Part shown: one piece after another, positions 36,740-49,400 of the stretch
Layout of the letters: each line of letters opens with the position of its first letter
How positions within the stretch are numbered: position 1 is the stretch's first letter
Assembly (NCBI GenBank): GCA_044229265.1
Contig: JBGATK010000003.1
Span: 24,638-88,637 of the forward strand
Reading direction: 5' to 3'
Length of the DNA stretch: 64,000 bases
DNA from: Minisyncoccia bacterium
GTDB lineage: Bacteria > Patescibacteriota > Minisyncoccia > Phycocordibacterales > UBA9973
Made by a program: the position numbers and the translations under genes
The notes under the pieces: generated by a model
Databases searched by the model: none
The model's input: only the letters and a program-made list of their open reading frames with translations
What the model was told of the DNA's origin: nothing

Positions 36740-39700
36740 TTATTCTTCTTTTTTAAAGCTATTAACGAAACCTGTTCCAGCTGGTATAAGTCTACCGATA
36801 ATTACATTTTCTTTAAGACCACGAAGTGAATCTACTCCGCCTTTGACAGCGTTTTCAATAAGAACTCGATTAGTATTTTGGAATGAAGCTGCAGATAACC
36901 AGCTCTTGGTTTTCAGCGACACTTCAGTAATACCGAGAATGATTGTTTCAGCTTTTGCTTCTTTTTCGTCTTCTTTCATAATGCGGGCATTTTCTTCCAT
37001 CATTTCAATATTTTCCACAATATCTCCTACTGTAAAGTTTGTACCACCAGCATCTTTGATACGGCGACGTGAGAACATTTGGCGAATAATTATTTCAGTG
37101 TGCTTGCGAGAAATTGAAGCACTTTGTAATTCGTAAACTTTATTTATTTCACGAATTATATATTCTTCAGCCATTTCTTTATCACCAAATTCAAAGATCT
37201 CAGAAATATCCGCTGAACCATCAGTCAAGAGTTCACCTTTTTTAACCTTATCACCAACTTTTACTAATGGCATACGATTAAGTGTTAGCTCATAAACCAT
37301 TTCATTATTCTTGCCGTCTACCTTTGAATCAGATAAAACTTTAATATAACGCTCTTTATCGTCTTTGGTTTTTACTTCAAAAACTTCACCATCAGTTTTG
37401 GAAACCACAGCTGGATTTTTTGGAGTTCTGCGTTCAAAAATTTCTTCGACACGTGGAAGACCAGTAGTGATGTCTGTACCCGCTACACCTCCGGCATGGA
37501 AAGTACGAAGTGTAAGCTGAGTTCCTGGTTCACCGATAGCTTGTGCTGCAATAATACCTACAGCTTCTCCAAGCTTTACCAAATGATTTCTTCCAAGATC
37601 AAGACCATAACAAGTCTGACATAAACCGTGAATAGTTTTACATGTAAGAGGTGAGCGAACAAAAGCTTCTTTTATTCCAAGTGATTCTATTTTTACTGCT
37701 TCTTCTTTGGTAATTAAGAAACCTTTCTTATAAAGTACATTACCGTTTTCATCTTTTATATCACCTGCGAGTACACGTCCACGAATATTTTTAGAAAGTG
37801 GAATTTCAATACCTAGGATATTTTCAGCTCTGACGATCTTGCCTTCTTTGGTGCCACAATCTTCTTCGGTAATTACTACATCTTGAGCAACGTCCACTAA
37901 ACGACGTGTTAGGTATCCTGCTTTTGCTGTATTAAGAGCTGTGTCAGATGCACCCTTACGAGCACCGTGAGTAGTAACGAAGTATTCAATAGGAGAAAGA
38001 CCTTCTTGATAACAAGGAATAATTGGGAATTCAAGCGTTTTACCTTGGTTATTTTGGATGAGGCCTTTCATTCCTGTCATCTGCACAAGTGAAGTCATGG
38101 ATCCACGAGCACCAGAAATGAATAAATCGTAAGTTGATCCATTCTTGTCGAGCGTTGCAGGTAAAACTTTTTCCAAATTCTTTTTTGCTTCTGTCCAAAT
38201 TTCAATAATTTTTTGATATCGCTCTTTATCCGACAACATACCTTCAGACCATTCAGCTATTACTTTTTCTTCTGCTTCACGGCCATGTGCAACAATATCT
38301 TTTTTCTCTTTTGGCACAGACACGTTATCAAAACCCCAAGTTGTACCAGAAATAGTAGCGTATTTGTACCCGAAAGCTTTTATTTTGTCGAGAATAGGAG
38401 GAGTAGCATCTACACCATAGTGCATGATTAGTTCATCTACAAGTGCAGACATACGCTTTTGTGTAATCTCTTCGTTAATAAAAGAAAAATCTTCCGGCAA
38501 TATAGAATTAAAAAGTAGTCTACCAACAGATGTTTCAAAAATTCCATCTGTAAATTTATTGTATTTTCCTTTATTAGTTGCCAAGATTTTTACTTTTGCC
38601 CGAAGACCCACTACGCCGTATTCATAAGCAGTAATAGCTACATTGGGTGAAGAAAAATATTTACCTTCACCTATTTCACCATCGACTGATTTAGTCATAA
38701 AATATGCTCCGAGGACCATATCCATACGAGGGTTTGCAATAGGATCACCATTTTGTGGCTTGAGTAAGTTTTTGTTTGCAGCCATTAATTCTTTGGCTTC
38801 CCATTGAGCTTCCTCTGATAGTGGAACATAAACAGCCATTTGGTCGCCGTCGAAGTCAGCATTGAAAGCCTGACACACCAACGGGTGAACTTGAATAGCA
38901 TTACCTTCGATAAGCACTGGATTAAATGCTTGAATACCGAGACGGTGTAGCGTAGGAGCACGGTTCAGTAGAACATATTTGCCTTGAATTACTTCTTCTA
39001 GCATTGCCCAAACTTCTGGAGTTCTCTCTTCGATAAGTTTATTTGCTCCACGAATATTGAAAGCAAGTTCCCCTTCTAAAATTTTAGCAATAACGAATGG
39101 TCGGAAAAGTTCAAGTGCCATATGTTTTGGTAAACCACATTGATTGAGTTTAAGTTCAGGACCACCTACGATAACTGAACGACCAGAGTAGTCGACACGC
39201 TTACCGAGAAGGTTTGCACGGAAAAGACCTTGTTTGGATTTCAAATTGTCAGCAAGTGATTTGAGAGGACGTTTTTGTGATTGACTCATAGCCTGAGAAT
39301 CATTTTGACGGGCAATAGAGTTATCGATCAGAGCATCAACAGCTTCTTGTATAATACGCTTTTCATTACGCAAAATAACATCTGGAGCATTTATCTCTTT
39401 TAGTTTCTTTAATCTGTTATTTCTGTTTATTACTCTTCGGTAAAGGTCATTAAGATCACTAGTCGCATGACGGCCACCGTCGAGTGCCACCATCGGGCGA
39501 AGCACTGGTGGTATAACTGGAATAACAGTTAAAAACATCCATTCTGGGCGAATACCTGAATAAATCATAGATCTTATCAAAGACAAACGCTTTTGCATTT
39601 TTTCTCTTTCCATAGTGCTTGCCTTTTCTATGATAGCCATAGTGTGTGCTTTTAATTTTTCCAAATCCAAATTCTTGAAAATAGTATAAATAGCTTCTGC

Positions 39701-40342
39701 TCCAATATTGGCTTCAAAACATGTACCGTATTTTAGAGAATAGTGATGAAAAGAAATTTCATTTAATACTTTACCTTCATAAATTTCAGTAATTTCTTTT
39801 TTAGTTACTGACAGTAAATTCTTTAATTTTTCTTTTGTTTCATCGTCGCTAGAATTTTTAAGTTTTGCTTTATATTCTTTTTCTAAATCAGAAATTATTT
39901 GATCACGCTCTTCCGTGTGGACTTTTGTGATAATGTATCCAGCAAAATAAATAACTTTTTCTAAATCAGAAACTGAGATATTAAGAAGTATACTCATGCG
40001 AGATGGCACACCACGAAGAAACCAAATATGAGCTACTGGTGTAGAAAGTTCTATGTGCCCCATGCGTTCACGACGCACGATAGAACGAGTAACTTCCACT
40101 CCACATTTTTCACAAATAATATCTTTGTAACGAATACGGCGATATTTTCCGCAATAACATTCGTAATCTTTTTCTGGACCGAAAATTTTCTCGTCGAAAA
40201 GACCTCCGCGCTCAGAACGGCCGGTTCGGTAGTTTATAGTTTCTGGTTTTTGAACTTCACCATAAGACCATTCACGTATAGCTTCAGGTGAAGCAAGTGT
40301 TAGCCCTATTGAATCAAAATCTGTTGTATTTAATGTTTTCAT
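36740..40342 (-). CDS. rpoC: DNA-directed RNA polymerase subunit beta'
   Basis: [16 protein letters not shown] motif and Zn-binding CxxC motifs. Confidence 0.95.
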   Translation of the reverse strand: MKTLNTTDFDSIGLTLASPEAIREWSYGEVQKPETINYRTGRSERGGLFDEKIFGPEKDYECYCGKYRRIRYKDIICEKCGVEVTRSIVRRERMGHIELSTPVAHIWFLRGVPSRMSILLNISVSDLEKVIYFAGYIITKVHTEERDQIISDLEKEYKAKLKNSSDDETKEKLKNLLSVTKKEITEIYEGKVLNEISFHHYSLKYGTCFEANIGAEAIYTIFKNLDLEKLKAHTMAIIEKASTMEREKMQKRLSLIRSMIYSGIRPEWMFLTVIPVIPPVLRPMVALDGGRHATSDLNDLYRRVINRNNRLKKLKEINAPDVILRNEKRIIQEAVDALIDNSIARQNDSQAMSQSQKRPLKSLADNLKSKQGLFRANLLGKRVDYSGRSVIVGGPELKLNQCGLPKHMALELFRPFVIAKILEGELAFNIRGANKLIEERTPEVWAMLEEVIQGKYVLLNRAPTLHRLGIQAFNPVLIEGNAIQVHPLVCQAFNADFDGDQMAVYVPLSEEAQWEAKELMAANKNLLKPQNGDPIANPRMDMVLGAYFMTKSVDGEIGEGKYFSSPNVAITAYEYGVVGLRAKVKILATNKGKYNKFTDGIFETSVGRLLFNSILPEDFSFINEEITQKRMSALVDELIMHYGVDATPPILDKIKAFGYKYATISGTTWGFDNVSVPKEKKDIVAHGREAEEKVIAEWSEGMLSDKERYQKIIEIWTEAKKNLEKVLPATLDKNGSTYDLFISGARGSMTSLVQMTGMKGLIQNNQGKTLEFPIIPCYQEGLSPIEYFVTTHGARKGASDTALNTAKAGYLTRRLVDVAQDVVITEEDCGTKEGKIVRAENILGIEIPLSKNIRGRVLAGDIKDENGNVLYKKGFLITKEEAVKIESLGIKEAFVRSPLTCKTIHGLCQTCYGLDLGRNHLVKLGEAVGIIAAQAIGEPGTQLTLRTFHAGGVAGTDITTGLPRVEEIFERRTPKNPAVVSKTDGEVFEVKTKDDKERYIKVLSDSKVDGKNNEMVYELTLNRMPLVKVGDKVKKGELLTDGSADISEIFEFGDKEMAEEYIIREINKVYELQSASISRKHTEIIIRQMFSRRRIKDAGGTNFTVGDIVENIEMMEENARIMKEDEKEAKAETIILGITEVSLKTKSWLSAASFQNTNRVLIENAVKGGVDSLRGLKENVIIGRLIPAGTGFVNSFKKEE

Positions 40343-40364
40343 AGATTTTTTATAGTTAAATTAA

Positions 40365-43300
40365 TTATTTTTGACTACCTTTTTTAAGAGTAATTTCGAA
40401 AGCAAGTCCCCGTAAATAGTTAAGCATCACATTGAAAGATGCTGGGGAATTTGGAGCTTTGATCGATTCATTCTTAATTATTGAATCAAAAGTGGCCGAC
40501 CTACCAGCTATATCGTCTGATTTTACTGTTAACATTTCGCGAAGTGAATATGCAGCGCCGTATCCTTCAAGTGCCCAGACTTCCATTTCTCCGAATCTTT
40601 GTCCACCTCCTTGAGCTTTACCGCCAAGTGGTTGTTGAGTAATAAGACTGTAGGGACCAATCGAACGCATGTGAATTTTGTCTTCTACCATATGGTGCAG
40701 TTTGAGCATATACATATAACCCACTGCTACGTCTTGCTCGAAAGCATCTCCTGTGCGTCCATCAAATAATTTTACTTTACCATTTTCTGGAAGTCCTGCT
40801 GCTTTCAATTCATCGCGTACTTCTTCGTGTGTTGCACCCAAAAATGGAGGCACGATTGCCTGATAACCTAGAGTATTTGCCGCCATACCAAGATGAATTT
40901 CCAAAATTTGTCCCAAGTTCATACGAGAAGGCACACCAAGTGGAGAAAGGATAATATCTACAGATTTACCATCAGCTGTATACGGCATATCTTCTTCTGG
41001 AAGAATTATAGAAATAACACCCTTATTTCCGTGACGTCCTGAAAGTTTATCACCTACTGAGATATTGCGAACTTGAGCGACTTCTATAACTATTTTTTTA
41101 ATTATACCGACTTCGAGTTGATGACCTAAATCACGAGAGAATATTTTTACTCCTATTACACGTCCACGTTTACCGTGTTCAACACGAAGTGAAGTATCTT
41201 TTACATCACGAGCTTTTTCAGCAAAAATAGAGCGGAGCAAACGTTCTTCTGGAGTTAATTCTGTCTCACCTTTTGGTGTAATTTTACCAACTAAAATATC
41301 ATTCTCGCGAACTTCAGCACCAACACGAACTATGCCGTCTTCATCTAAGTCTTTCAATTTAAGTTCACCTACATTTGGAATATCGCGAGTAGTTATTTCT
41401 GGACCAAGTTTAGTATCACGAACTACTGCAGTAAATTCTTCAACGTAAATAGAAGTAAATTTAGAATCCTTTACAAGTCTTTCTGAAAGAATAATAGCGT
41501 CTTCGTAGTTTGAACCGAACCATGACAAAAAGGCTACGAAAATATTTTGGCCAAGAGCTACTTGTCCACCTACTGTAGAAGAGTTGTCAGCGAGAACATC
41601 GCCACGTTTTACTTTTTGATCTACAGATACAATAGGACGATGATGGAATACAGAGAAATTGTTATTTCTTAAATAATTTATCAAATTATAAGTTTTTTCA
41701 TTCTTGCCTTTTACTATTACTTTTCGTGAATCTACGTATGACACTATGCCATCTTCCTCTGCTACGACGAGACGGCCTGAATCGAGAGCCACGACACTTT
41801 CCATGCCGGTAGCTACAAGAGGAGCTTCTTTTAATACACAAGGAACTGCTTGTTTTTGCATGTTTGATCCCATGAGAGCACGGTTAGCATCGTCATGTTC
41901 TAGAAATGGTATTGAACTTGTAGCGAGTGAGAAAGCTTGATTAGTAGCTACATCGATATAATCCACCTCTTCTGGAAGACAAGTTCCTGGCTCAGTCTTT
42001 CTGCGAGCTGCTACTTTTTTGTCAGTGATTTTGCCATTTTCATCATACGAAACTCCAGCATGAGCAATGTTGTATTTTTCTTCTTCAAGCGCATTTAAAT
42101 AAACTACTTCTCCTGTAATTTTTCCATTTTTTACTTTTATGTAAGGAGTTTCGATGATACCGAAATCATTTATTTTTGCATAAGTAGAAAGGTGAACAAT
42201 AAGACCAATGTTTGGACCTTCTGGTGTATGGATAGGACAAATACGTCCGTAGTGAGAAGGATGCACATCGCGAACTTCGAGTCCTGCGCGTTCACGAGTA
42301 AGACCGCCAGGACCAAGTGCTGAGAGTAAACGAATGTGTTCCATTTCAGCCAAGACATTTTCTTGGTTCATGAATTGTGAAAGCTGGTTAGTAGTGAAAA
42401 ATTCTTTGATACGAGCTTGCAGTGGACGTTGGTTAATAATAGCAATAGGTAATGCAGTATCTACATCGATGATAGACATACGATCTTGGATATTACGCTT
42501 GATTTGCATCATACCGGTACGAATCTTTTGTTGAAGCATTTCACCAACGAAACGAATACGGCGTTGACCCAAGTGATCTATGTCGTCCCCCTTTGAACCT
42601 GGAGTATTATTTAATTCAATTACATAAGAAACGATAGAGGCCAGATCTTCTTTAGCTAAAGTTCGGCGTTCTAATTCTTCTTTTTCCATATTCTTATCAA
42701 AACGTTGATTGAATCTGTAGCGTCCAACTGGCGATAAGTCATAACGCTCAGTGGTAAATAAAGAATTAATAAATTCTTTCGCATTTTCAGCTGTAGCCAT
42801 ATCGCCATCGCGAAGACGTTTGTAGATTTCTACATAAGCATCATTTACATTTTTTGCTGGATCTTTAGCTAAACAAACTTTTATAGTCTCTTCTTCAAAA
42901 CCATTTTTAGATAGGGCTTTAATAATCATTTCGTCGGTAGTATAACCCATAGCTCGAAGCAGTGAAGTAACTACGAATTTGCGCTTCTTGTCTATACGCA
43001 CATATATAGCACCATCTGGTTCTTGCTCAAGTTCTACCCATATACCACGAGCTGGTATAACTTTTGCACCGAAATATTTCTTGCCTTTATTTTCTGTTTC
43101 TGTAAAGAATACGCCAAAAGACCTAGCGAGTTGTGGCACTATCACGCGCTCTACGCCATTTATTATAAAAGTTCCATGAGCTGTCATGAGTGGAAGCTCA
43201 GATAAGAAAATTTCTTGTTCTTTAATTGTTCCTAAAATTTTATTCTTGAGTTTTACACGCACTTTCAAACTGCCTTGGTAAGTCAGTTTGTTTATCTTTG

Positions 43301-43532
43301 CATGATTCTCATCGAATTTTGATTCTCCTAGTGAGAAAGAATTAAACTCGAGTTCGAATTTTTTATTTGAGTAATCAGATATAGGAGAAAATTCTTTGAA
43401 TATTTCTTTTATACCCTCCTCCACTAACCACTTATAAGACTTTAATTGAAATTCGATAAGATTCGGATATTCAATTAAAGGTTTTTTGTACCGAGAAAAA
43501 TATTTCTGCGGTAAGGCCTTGTCTTTTTGCAT
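40365..43532 (-). CDS. rpoB: DNA-directed RNA polymerase subunit beta
   Basis: Conserved blocks throughout (e.g. GDKLSGRHGNKGVIS). Confidence 0.95.
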   Translation of the reverse strand: MQKDKALPQKYFSRYKKPLIEYPNLIEFQLKSYKWLVEEGIKEIFKEFSPISDYSNKKFELEFNSFSLGESKFDENHAKINKLTYQGSLKVRVKLKNKILGTIKEQEIFLSELPLMTAHGTFIINGVERVIVPQLARSFGVFFTETENKGKKYFGAKVIPARGIWVELEQEPDGAIYVRIDKKRKFVVTSLLRAMGYTTDEMIIKALSKNGFEEETIKVCLAKDPAKNVNDAYVEIYKRLRDGDMATAENAKEFINSLFTTERYDLSPVGRYRFNQRFDKNMEKEELERRTLAKEDLASIVSYVIELNNTPGSKGDDIDHLGQRRIRFVGEMLQQKIRTGMMQIKRNIQDRMSIIDVDTALPIAIINQRPLQARIKEFFTTNQLSQFMNQENVLAEMEHIRLLSALGPGGLTRERAGLEVRDVHPSHYGRICPIHTPEGPNIGLIVHLSTYAKINDFGIIETPYIKVKNGKITGEVVYLNALEEEKYNIAHAGVSYDENGKITDKKVAARRKTEPGTCLPEEVDYIDVATNQAFSLATSSIPFLEHDDANRALMGSNMQKQAVPCVLKEAPLVATGMESVVALDSGRLVVAEEDGIVSYVDSRKVIVKGKNEKTYNLINYLRNNNFSVFHHRPIVSVDQKVKRGDVLADNSSTVGGQVALGQNIFVAFLSWFGSNYEDAIILSERLVKDSKFTSIYVEEFTAVVRDTKLGPEITTRDIPNVGELKLKDLDEDGIVRVGAEVRENDILVGKITPKGETELTPEERLLRSIFAEKARDVKDTSLRVEHGKRGRVIGVKIFSRDLGHQLEVGIIKKIVIEVAQVRNISVGDKLSGRHGNKGVISIILPEEDMPYTADGKSVDIILSPLGVPSRMNLGQILEIHLGMAANTLGYQAIVPPFLGATHEEVRDELKAAGLPENGKVKLFDGRTGDAFEQDVAVGYMYMLKLHHMVEDKIHMRSIGPYSLITQQPLGGKAQGGGQRFGEMEVWALEGYGAAYSLREMLTVKSDDIAGRSATFDSIIKNESIKAPNSPASFNVMLNYLRGLAFEITLKKGSQK

Positions 43533-43794
43533 AATTTTTATAAATCCAAAAAGAAGAGAAAATAAAAAACAAAAATAAATACAAGAATTTTATTTATTCT
43601 TATTTTTTATTCCTAAAAGTTTCGGATATTAATTAGACTTATAAATACACTTATAATAATTAACGGAGACTGTCCGAAACTCAATCATTAGTCTTAAAGC
43701 AAAGTTAACATGTATCCCCAAAAAAGTCAAATATTAATGGGGAAATAAAAAAACGGGGTCAAAGCCCCGTTTTAATTTTCAATAAATTTTTAAC

Positions 43795-45084
43795 TTATAA
43801 TTTCGTTATATCCTCACGACCTGGACCATGACTAACATAAGAAACTTTAACTCCTAATCTTTGAACTGTATTTTCGATATAGTTCAAATAAAATCCAAAA
43901 TTGGATTTTAAAACTTCACTACCTGAAAACCTAGACCAATCTGTATCAAAGTGTCGCAATTGTTTTTTGAAAATATTTTGCTTAAATGAGAATACATTTA
44001 TGCTTTCATCATCTTCAGAAAGATAATCTTCAACAATACTTACTTTGTTCAGCGGGTTAATGTCTACCTTAGTAATTATAAGCTCATCTATACCGTTGAG
44101 CCTGATAGCGTGAATCAGTTGAGGCATATCAAGCCAACCACATTTTCGTGCTCTTCCTGTAGTAGCGCCTATTTCACCACCTGCTTCGCGTAGTAGATTT
44201 TGAATATCTTCATCTTCTATTTCAGAAGGGAAAATTCCTTCACCTACTTTAGTGGTATACCATTTAATAACTCCATAAGTTTTTCCTACATATCGGATAG
44301 GAATACCAAGTCCGAGTGGCACCGCAGAAGCAATTGTGTTAGAAGAAGTTACCATTGGATAGCAACCGAAATTGTTATCAAGCATTGTGCCTTGCGCACC
44401 TTCAGCTAAAACATTCATACCTGCGTCTAAATTATTCTGCAACCAAAATTGATCAACAAAATTTACATAATTATTTAAAGATTGAGTTGCTTCTTTAAAG
44501 TTTTCAAAATCTTCTATAATTTTCTGAACCTCTGGCATTATATAACCATATTTTGTGCTATAAAAATAAAGAAGTTTCATGTAAAATTCGTATATTTGGT
44601 TCCATGGCTTTTCAGGATCTCCGATACGTACACCTAATCTACTTTTAACATCCATGTAAGCTGGGCCAATGCCTCGTCCAGTAGTTCCGACACTTGCTCC
44701 TCCTTTCGAGACTTCAATAGCTTTATCGAGATATCGATGAAAAGGTGTGATTAAGAAAGCATGCTTTGATAAGAATACTCTTTCTTTTAAATCACTCGTT
44801 CTTTGACCCAAAACTTGAGCTGCATCTTTAATTTCATTAATTAATGATAACGGATCAATGACACAACCTGGACCAATAAAGTTCCAAACATCTTGATGTA
44901 AAATTCCTGAAGGTAAATTGTGTAAGATAAGTCTCTGTCCTTTATACCACAAGGTATGTCCTGCATTAGGGCCACCCTGTGAACGACCTACTATTTGATA
45001 ATCTTTGGCAAGATAATCTACTATTTTACCTTTGCCTTCATCTCCCCATTGGAGACCAAGACATATGTCTATTTTTCCTCTCAT
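43795..45084 (-). CDS. purA: Adenylosuccinate synthetase
   Basis: GLQWGDEGKGKIVD P-loop and GTTGRGIGP. Confidence 0.9.
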   Translation of the reverse strand: MRGKIDICLGLQWGDEGKGKIVDYLAKDYQIVGRSQGGPNAGHTLWYKGQRLILHNLPSGILHQDVWNFIGPGCVIDPLSLINEIKDAAQVLGQRTSDLKERVFLSKHAFLITPFHRYLDKAIEVSKGGASVGTTGRGIGPAYMDVKSRLGVRIGDPEKPWNQIYEFYMKLLYFYSTKYGYIMPEVQKIIEDFENFKEATQSLNNYVNFVDQFWLQNNLDAGMNVLAEGAQGTMLDNNFGCYPMVTSSNTIASAVPLGLGIPIRYVGKTYGVIKWYTTKVGEGIFPSEIEDEDIQNLLREAGGEIGATTGRARKCGWLDMPQLIHAIRLNGIDELIITKVDINPLNKVSIVEDYLSEDDESINVFSFKQNIFKKQLRHFDTDWSRFSGSEVLKSNFGFYLNYIENTVQRLGVKVSYVSHGPGREDITKL

Positions 45085-45086
45085 TT

Positions 45087-46589
45087 TTAAGATTTTTTAG
45101 TTAAAGGAATATAAAGATCTCGAATTCCACTTTCCAAACGCCCCATAGCTGTTTGTTGAACAAACACAGGATCTCTTTGGAGTTCTTTTATGTTTTTTAC
45201 TCCTTGATAAACTCTCATACTTTGAATTAAAGCATTTTGAAATTTATCAATCACATCTTTCACAGGTCCTTTAAATGGCACGAAGCCACTAACCCCTTCG
45301 GCAACTTTTTTTACAACAGATCCACTATTTCCATAGCGATCTTTAGCAATTCCTAATCCATCGCGCATAGCTTCATCAGAACCCATACCACGATAAACTT
45401 TGTATTTCATATTGCCTTCTTCGTGAGTTTCACCTGGAGATTCTGTAGTACCAGCAAAAATTGAACCCATCATAACTGCATGAGCTCCAGCTGCTATTGC
45501 TTTTACAACATCACCAGTTTCTTTTATGCCTCCGTCAGCTATCACTTTCACAAAAACCCTACTATCATTTCTATATATAGGATTTGCATCACATGCTGCA
45601 GCGACTTGCATAATTGCCGAAAACTGTGGTGAACCACAACCTGTGACAGATCTAGTAGTGCATATAGCCCCTGGACCAACACCTACTTTTATAGCATCTG
45701 CTCCAGCATCTATTAAAAACTTGGCTCCTTCTTTGGTAACAACATTGCCAGCAATAATAGGCATATCTGGTTTAATCTTTTTTATAGTCCTTACAATTTC
45801 CCCGACAGCAACAGAATGACCTTGAGCTGTATCTATGCAAAGTAAATCGACTCCAGCAGAAATAAGCGCAATAGCCCTTTTGCGACCTTCATCACCTACG
45901 CCAATAGCTGCTCCTACACGAAGCCTTCCATCTGTATCAGTAATCATATTCGGGTAAAGATCTTTGTTCTGAAAATCTTTCTTAAAACAAAGTCCGACTA
46001 AAGTATGATCATCTTTTGATTTCACTATTGGCAATCTTTGTTTACCTTTAGTTTTCATAATTTGTAGTGGATCAAAAGCTTCGTCAGCGTAAGCTAATAC
46101 CAACTCTTCAAAAGGAACCATTATTTCGGAAAGTGGGCCTTTATGGTCACTAAAATCCACCAAATGCCTGTCTGTAATCAATCCTAATAATGGCTCATAA
46201 TGATTATATTCTCCCACTATTGGTATAGTGGTAAATTGATGCTTAGCTTTTATTGCTAAAGCATCTTGAATAGTTTGATCGGGGTACAAAGTAATTGGGT
46301 CAGTAACCATATTACCTTGATGTCTTTTTACTAATCTGATTTGCTCCACCTGCTCTTCAATAGAGCAATTTCGGTGGATAATACCGAGACCACCATGACG
46401 TGCTTGAGCTATAGCCATCTGAGCTTCGGTTACGGTGTCCATTGCTGCAGAAATGAATGGTGTTTTTAACACAATATTTCCGATTTCAATGCTTGTCTCG
46501 ATATTGTCTTCTGGACCAAGATTTGAAAGTTTGGGTTGCAAAAGTACATCGTCAAAAGAAAGTCCTAAAGGAATTTGTTGTATTTCCAT
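45087..46589 (-). CDS. guaB: IMP dehydrogenase
   Basis: CBS pair, catalytic loop [17 protein letters not shown]. Confidence 0.9.
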   Translation of the reverse strand: MEIQQIPLGLSFDDVLLQPKLSNLGPEDNIETSIEIGNIVLKTPFISAAMDTVTEAQMAIAQARHGGLGIIHRNCSIEEQVEQIRLVKRHQGNMVTDPITLYPDQTIQDALAIKAKHQFTTIPIVGEYNHYEPLLGLITDRHLVDFSDHKGPLSEIMVPFEELVLAYADEAFDPLQIMKTKGKQRLPIVKSKDDHTLVGLCFKKDFQNKDLYPNMITDTDGRLRVGAAIGVGDEGRKRAIALISAGVDLLCIDTAQGHSVAVGEIVRTIKKIKPDMPIIAGNVVTKEGAKFLIDAGADAIKVGVGPGAICTTRSVTGCGSPQFSAIMQVAAACDANPIYRNDSRVFVKVIADGGIKETGDVVKAIAAGAHAVMMGSIFAGTTESPGETHEEGNMKYKVYRGMGSDEAMRDGLGIAKDRYGNSGSVVKKVAEGVSGFVPFKGPVKDVIDKFQNALIQSMRVYQGVKNIKELQRDPVFVQQTAMGRLESGIRDLYIPLTKKS

Positions 46590-46717
46590 TTTAAATTGTT
46601 TAGTTTACAAATAAATTTTCATTCACCCTACCACTTAAAACTCGTTTTGTCTAATTTATAGAAAATAAAAAACTCACTTCTAGAAAGACAGCGAGTTTTA
46701 AATGAACTGTAAATATT

Positions 46718-47401
46718 TTATTTACCTTTTTGTTTCCATTCGTCTATAAGTTTATGATTACCGGACAGGAGAACCTTTGGCACTTTATAGTTTTTGTTTT
46801 TATATTTCAAAATTTCTGGACGAGTATAGACTTCGCTACTAGAAACTCTCTCTTCTTCTAGAGATTCATATTTGCCGAGGACGCCCGGGATTTGGCGCGA
46901 AATAGAATCTATCATAATCATAGCTGGCAATTCCCCTCCTGTGAGGACATAGTCACCGACTGAAATTTCATCACCCTTAAATATTTTCTTCACCCTTGCG
47001 TCTATGCCTTCGTATCTACCACATATAAAAATAATATCTGTGTATTTTTTCTTTACTAAATTTTTGGCATAAGTAGTTTCAAACTTTTTAGCACTTGGCG
47101 AAAAGTGGATAATTTTTACTTTCTTTTTATCTTTCACTTTTTTTAATACTTGTTCTATAACTTTGATCATAGGCTCGGCCCGCATCACCATACCTGGGCC
47201 ACCACCGTATGGCTTGTCATCGACTGGGCGATAACCATTATCTTTAACCCCGCTATGCTTAAGCTTCGCAGGGCGAGCAAAATCGCGAGGATTATAGAAT
47301 TTAACAAAAATTTTCTTCCCTTCTATGGCTCGCGCCAAAATACTCTCGCCAAAGTACGAGGTAAACATCTCTGGAAATATAGTAATTATATGAAATGTCA
47401 T
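46718..47401 (-). CDS. trmD: tRNA (guanine37-N1)-methyltransferase
   Basis: MTFHIITIFPEMF N-terminus; start placed at MTFHI. Confidence 0.85.
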   Translation of the reverse strand: MTFHIITIFPEMFTSYFGESILARAIEGKKIFVKFYNPRDFARPAKLKHSGVKDNGYRPVDDKPYGGGPGMVMRAEPMIKVIEQVLKKVKDKKKVKIIHFSPSAKKFETTYAKNLVKKKYTDIIFICGRYEGIDARVKKIFKGDEISVGDYVLTGGELPAMIMIDSISRQIPGVLGKYESLEEERVSSSEVYTRPEILKYKNKNYKVPKVLLSGNHKLIDEWKQKGK

Positions 47402-47526
47402 AATAAAAAATTGCCTGCCCGTCCGAAGCTTTAGCAAAGGCGGGTTATTACGTGATAATTCACAAATTAATTTATATCATAAAACAAATAAAAAATCCCC
47501 TCAGTATTATCTGGGGGATTTTTTAT

Positions 47527-47856
47527 TTATATTCCTTTTAGGTCTTCCATTGCTTCGTCCACAGTCTTCATAGTAGGACTAGGTGCATGCATTGGTCTTA
47601 CAGAACCTTCTGGTTCATTTATCTTTAAGTTTACACGCGCATTGTTTTTCATACCGATAATGCGGAGAAGTGTACGAATAGCTTTAGCAGTATTGCCAGA
47701 GCGACCGATGATTTTACCCATGTCGCTAGGATTTACAGTTAAAGTAATGAGCACACCCATCTCATCGACAGATCTATCAATTTTTACATCGTTTGGATTG
47801 TCGACCAAAGCTTTTACTACGTATTCTAAGAATCCCTTGTCTGCGTCGTTTTGCAT
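47527..47856 (-). CDS. KH-domain RNA-binding protein (UPF0109-like)
   Basis: GRSGNTAKAIRTLLR KH GxxG-like motif; lies between rpsP and trmD. Confidence 0.7.
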   Translation of the reverse strand: MQNDADKGFLEYVVKALVDNPNDVKIDRSVDEMGVLITLTVNPSDMGKIIGRSGNTAKAIRTLLRIIGMKNNARVNLKINEPEGSVRPMHAPSPTMKTVDEAMEDLKGI

Positions 47857-47929
47857 AAATATTACAGAAATTTTAAATTTTTAAATTGCAGTTTTTGACC
47901 AAATACTGCGTATCTACAATTATACCGAA

Positions 47930-48238
47930 TTACTTTTTAGCTTTCAACTCTTTTCTAGAAGTAGTTGGACTTTTTTTAGACAAAACATTCTTTTTCTTGC
48001 CTTCAATGATTTTTTGACTAACTAAGAAGTTGTGCATTGTGTCTGAAATTTGAGCACCTTTAGATATCCAGTGTTTTACTGCCTCTTCATCAAATTTAGC
48101 TATACCCATTTTTGGATTATATGTGCCGACAACTTTTAAAAATTTACCGCTCTTCGTAGAGTTCTTGGAATCAGTAAGTACAGCCCGAAAAGATGGGTCG
48201 TTCTTTCTGCCTATTCTTTGTAATCTAATTTTTAACAT
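47930..48238 (-). CDS. rpsP: 30S ribosomal protein S16
   Basis: MLKIRLQRIGRKNDPSFRAV... Confidence 0.9.
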   Translation of the reverse strand: MLKIRLQRIGRKNDPSFRAVLTDSKNSTKSGKFLKVVGTYNPKMGIAKFDEEAVKHWISKGAQISDTMHNFLVSQKIIEGKKKNVLSKKSPTTSRKELKAKK

Positions 48239-48338
48239 GAATGTAATTTAGCATAGTTTTTTTATTTTGTAAACCCGCACACTTATTATACAATAATATA
48301 AAATAAGTGTGAGGGTAAACTAGCTATATATTTAGATA

Positions 48339-49394
48339 TTAGTTTGGCACAAAATATCCACCCTCAGTATCTGCGCCAGCATTAGTTTGATAATCCCCAT
48401 TTGAAACATAATTTGCCTGCGCTACATAATCTCCATTTACGACTACATTTGCATTTGCTACATAATCCCCATTTGAAACGAAATCGCCAAAAGTAGAATA
48501 GTCGCCGTTCGATACATAGCTAGAATTAGAAACATAATCCCCATTTGTAACATAACTAGAGCCTGACTGATAATCAGCATTAGCCTCATAAGAAGGAACT
48601 ACTTCATACGATGGAGTAACTTCGTAAGTTGGTGTTATTTCATAAGTCGGAGCAATTAATTCATAAGAAGATATTGTCTGGTAAGTCGGCGTGATTTTAT
48701 AAGAACCATCTATCTCATAAGTTGGGTTTTCTATTTCATAAGTTGGTATTGTCAGATATGTAGGATTAATCTTGTATGTAGGATTTTCTAAAACAAAAGT
48801 TGGGTTTACTTTATATGTAGGAAAATAATATGTATAAGTAGGATCTATCTTGTATGTAGGATTATAACTATAGGTTGGATTGTATTTATATGTTGGATCA
48901 TACTTATAAGTTGGGTTGTACTCATACGTTGGTTTGTATTTATAAGTTGGAATATAACCATAAGTCAGATCGTATTTATAAGTCGGGTCTAATTTATAGG
49001 TAGGATCATACTCGTAAGTTGGTTTGTATTTATAAGTCGGGATATAACCATAAGTCGGATCGTATTTATAAGTAGGATTGTATTTATATGTCGGATTTAG
49101 ACGATAAGTAGGGTCGTATTTATAGGTAGGTATGTAGCCATAAGTCGGATGATACTTATAAGTTGGCCTGTAATCGTAAGTAGAATCATAATCATAAGTT
49201 GGCCAATACCCATAATCTAAATACGCTAAATAATCCGGATCATCGTAAAAATATGTCGGATAATAACCAAAGTCAGCATAAATATGAAATTCACCCCACA
49301 CGCCATAAGTGTAGCAATCACAAGCTTTTGCTGTATTTGGCAAGGCAAAAAGCCCAAAAAATATGAATATAATACCAAAAATCTTTAATTTCAT
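48339..49394 (-). CDS. Secreted low-complexity repeat protein (PTYKYDPTY-type tandem repeats)
   Basis: Signal peptide MKLKIFGIIFIFFGLFALPNTAKA, then dozens of P-T-Y-x-Y-x repeats. Start placed at 49394 because the upstream Met lies inside the promoter -35. Confidence 0.7.
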   Translation of the reverse strand: MKLKIFGIIFIFFGLFALPNTAKACDCYTYGVWGEFHIYADFGYYPTYFYDDPDYLAYLDYGYWPTYDYDSTYDYRPTYKYHPTYGYIPTYKYDPTYRLNPTYKYNPTYKYDPTYGYIPTYKYKPTYEYDPTYKLDPTYKYDLTYGYIPTYKYKPTYEYNPTYKYDPTYKYNPTYSYNPTYKIDPTYTYYFPTYKVNPTFVLENPTYKINPTYLTIPTYEIENPTYEIDGSYKITPTYQTISSYELIAPTYEITPTYEVTPSYEVVPSYEANADYQSGSSYVTNGDYVSNSSYVSNGDYSTFGDFVSNGDYVANANVVVNGDYVAQANYVSNGDYQTNAGADTEGGYFVPN

Positions 49395-49400
49395 ACCCTT

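Noticed and set aside
36717-43205. Numerous 60-140-aa ORFs antisense to, or out of frame within, rpoC and rpoB
   Set aside because: They are embedded in highly conserved essential genes. Typical low-complexity antisense ORFs.
46590-46717. Purine riboswitch upstream of guaB
   Set aside because: The minus-strand leader lacks the conserved purine-aptamer junction motifs and looks like a plain terminator and promoter.
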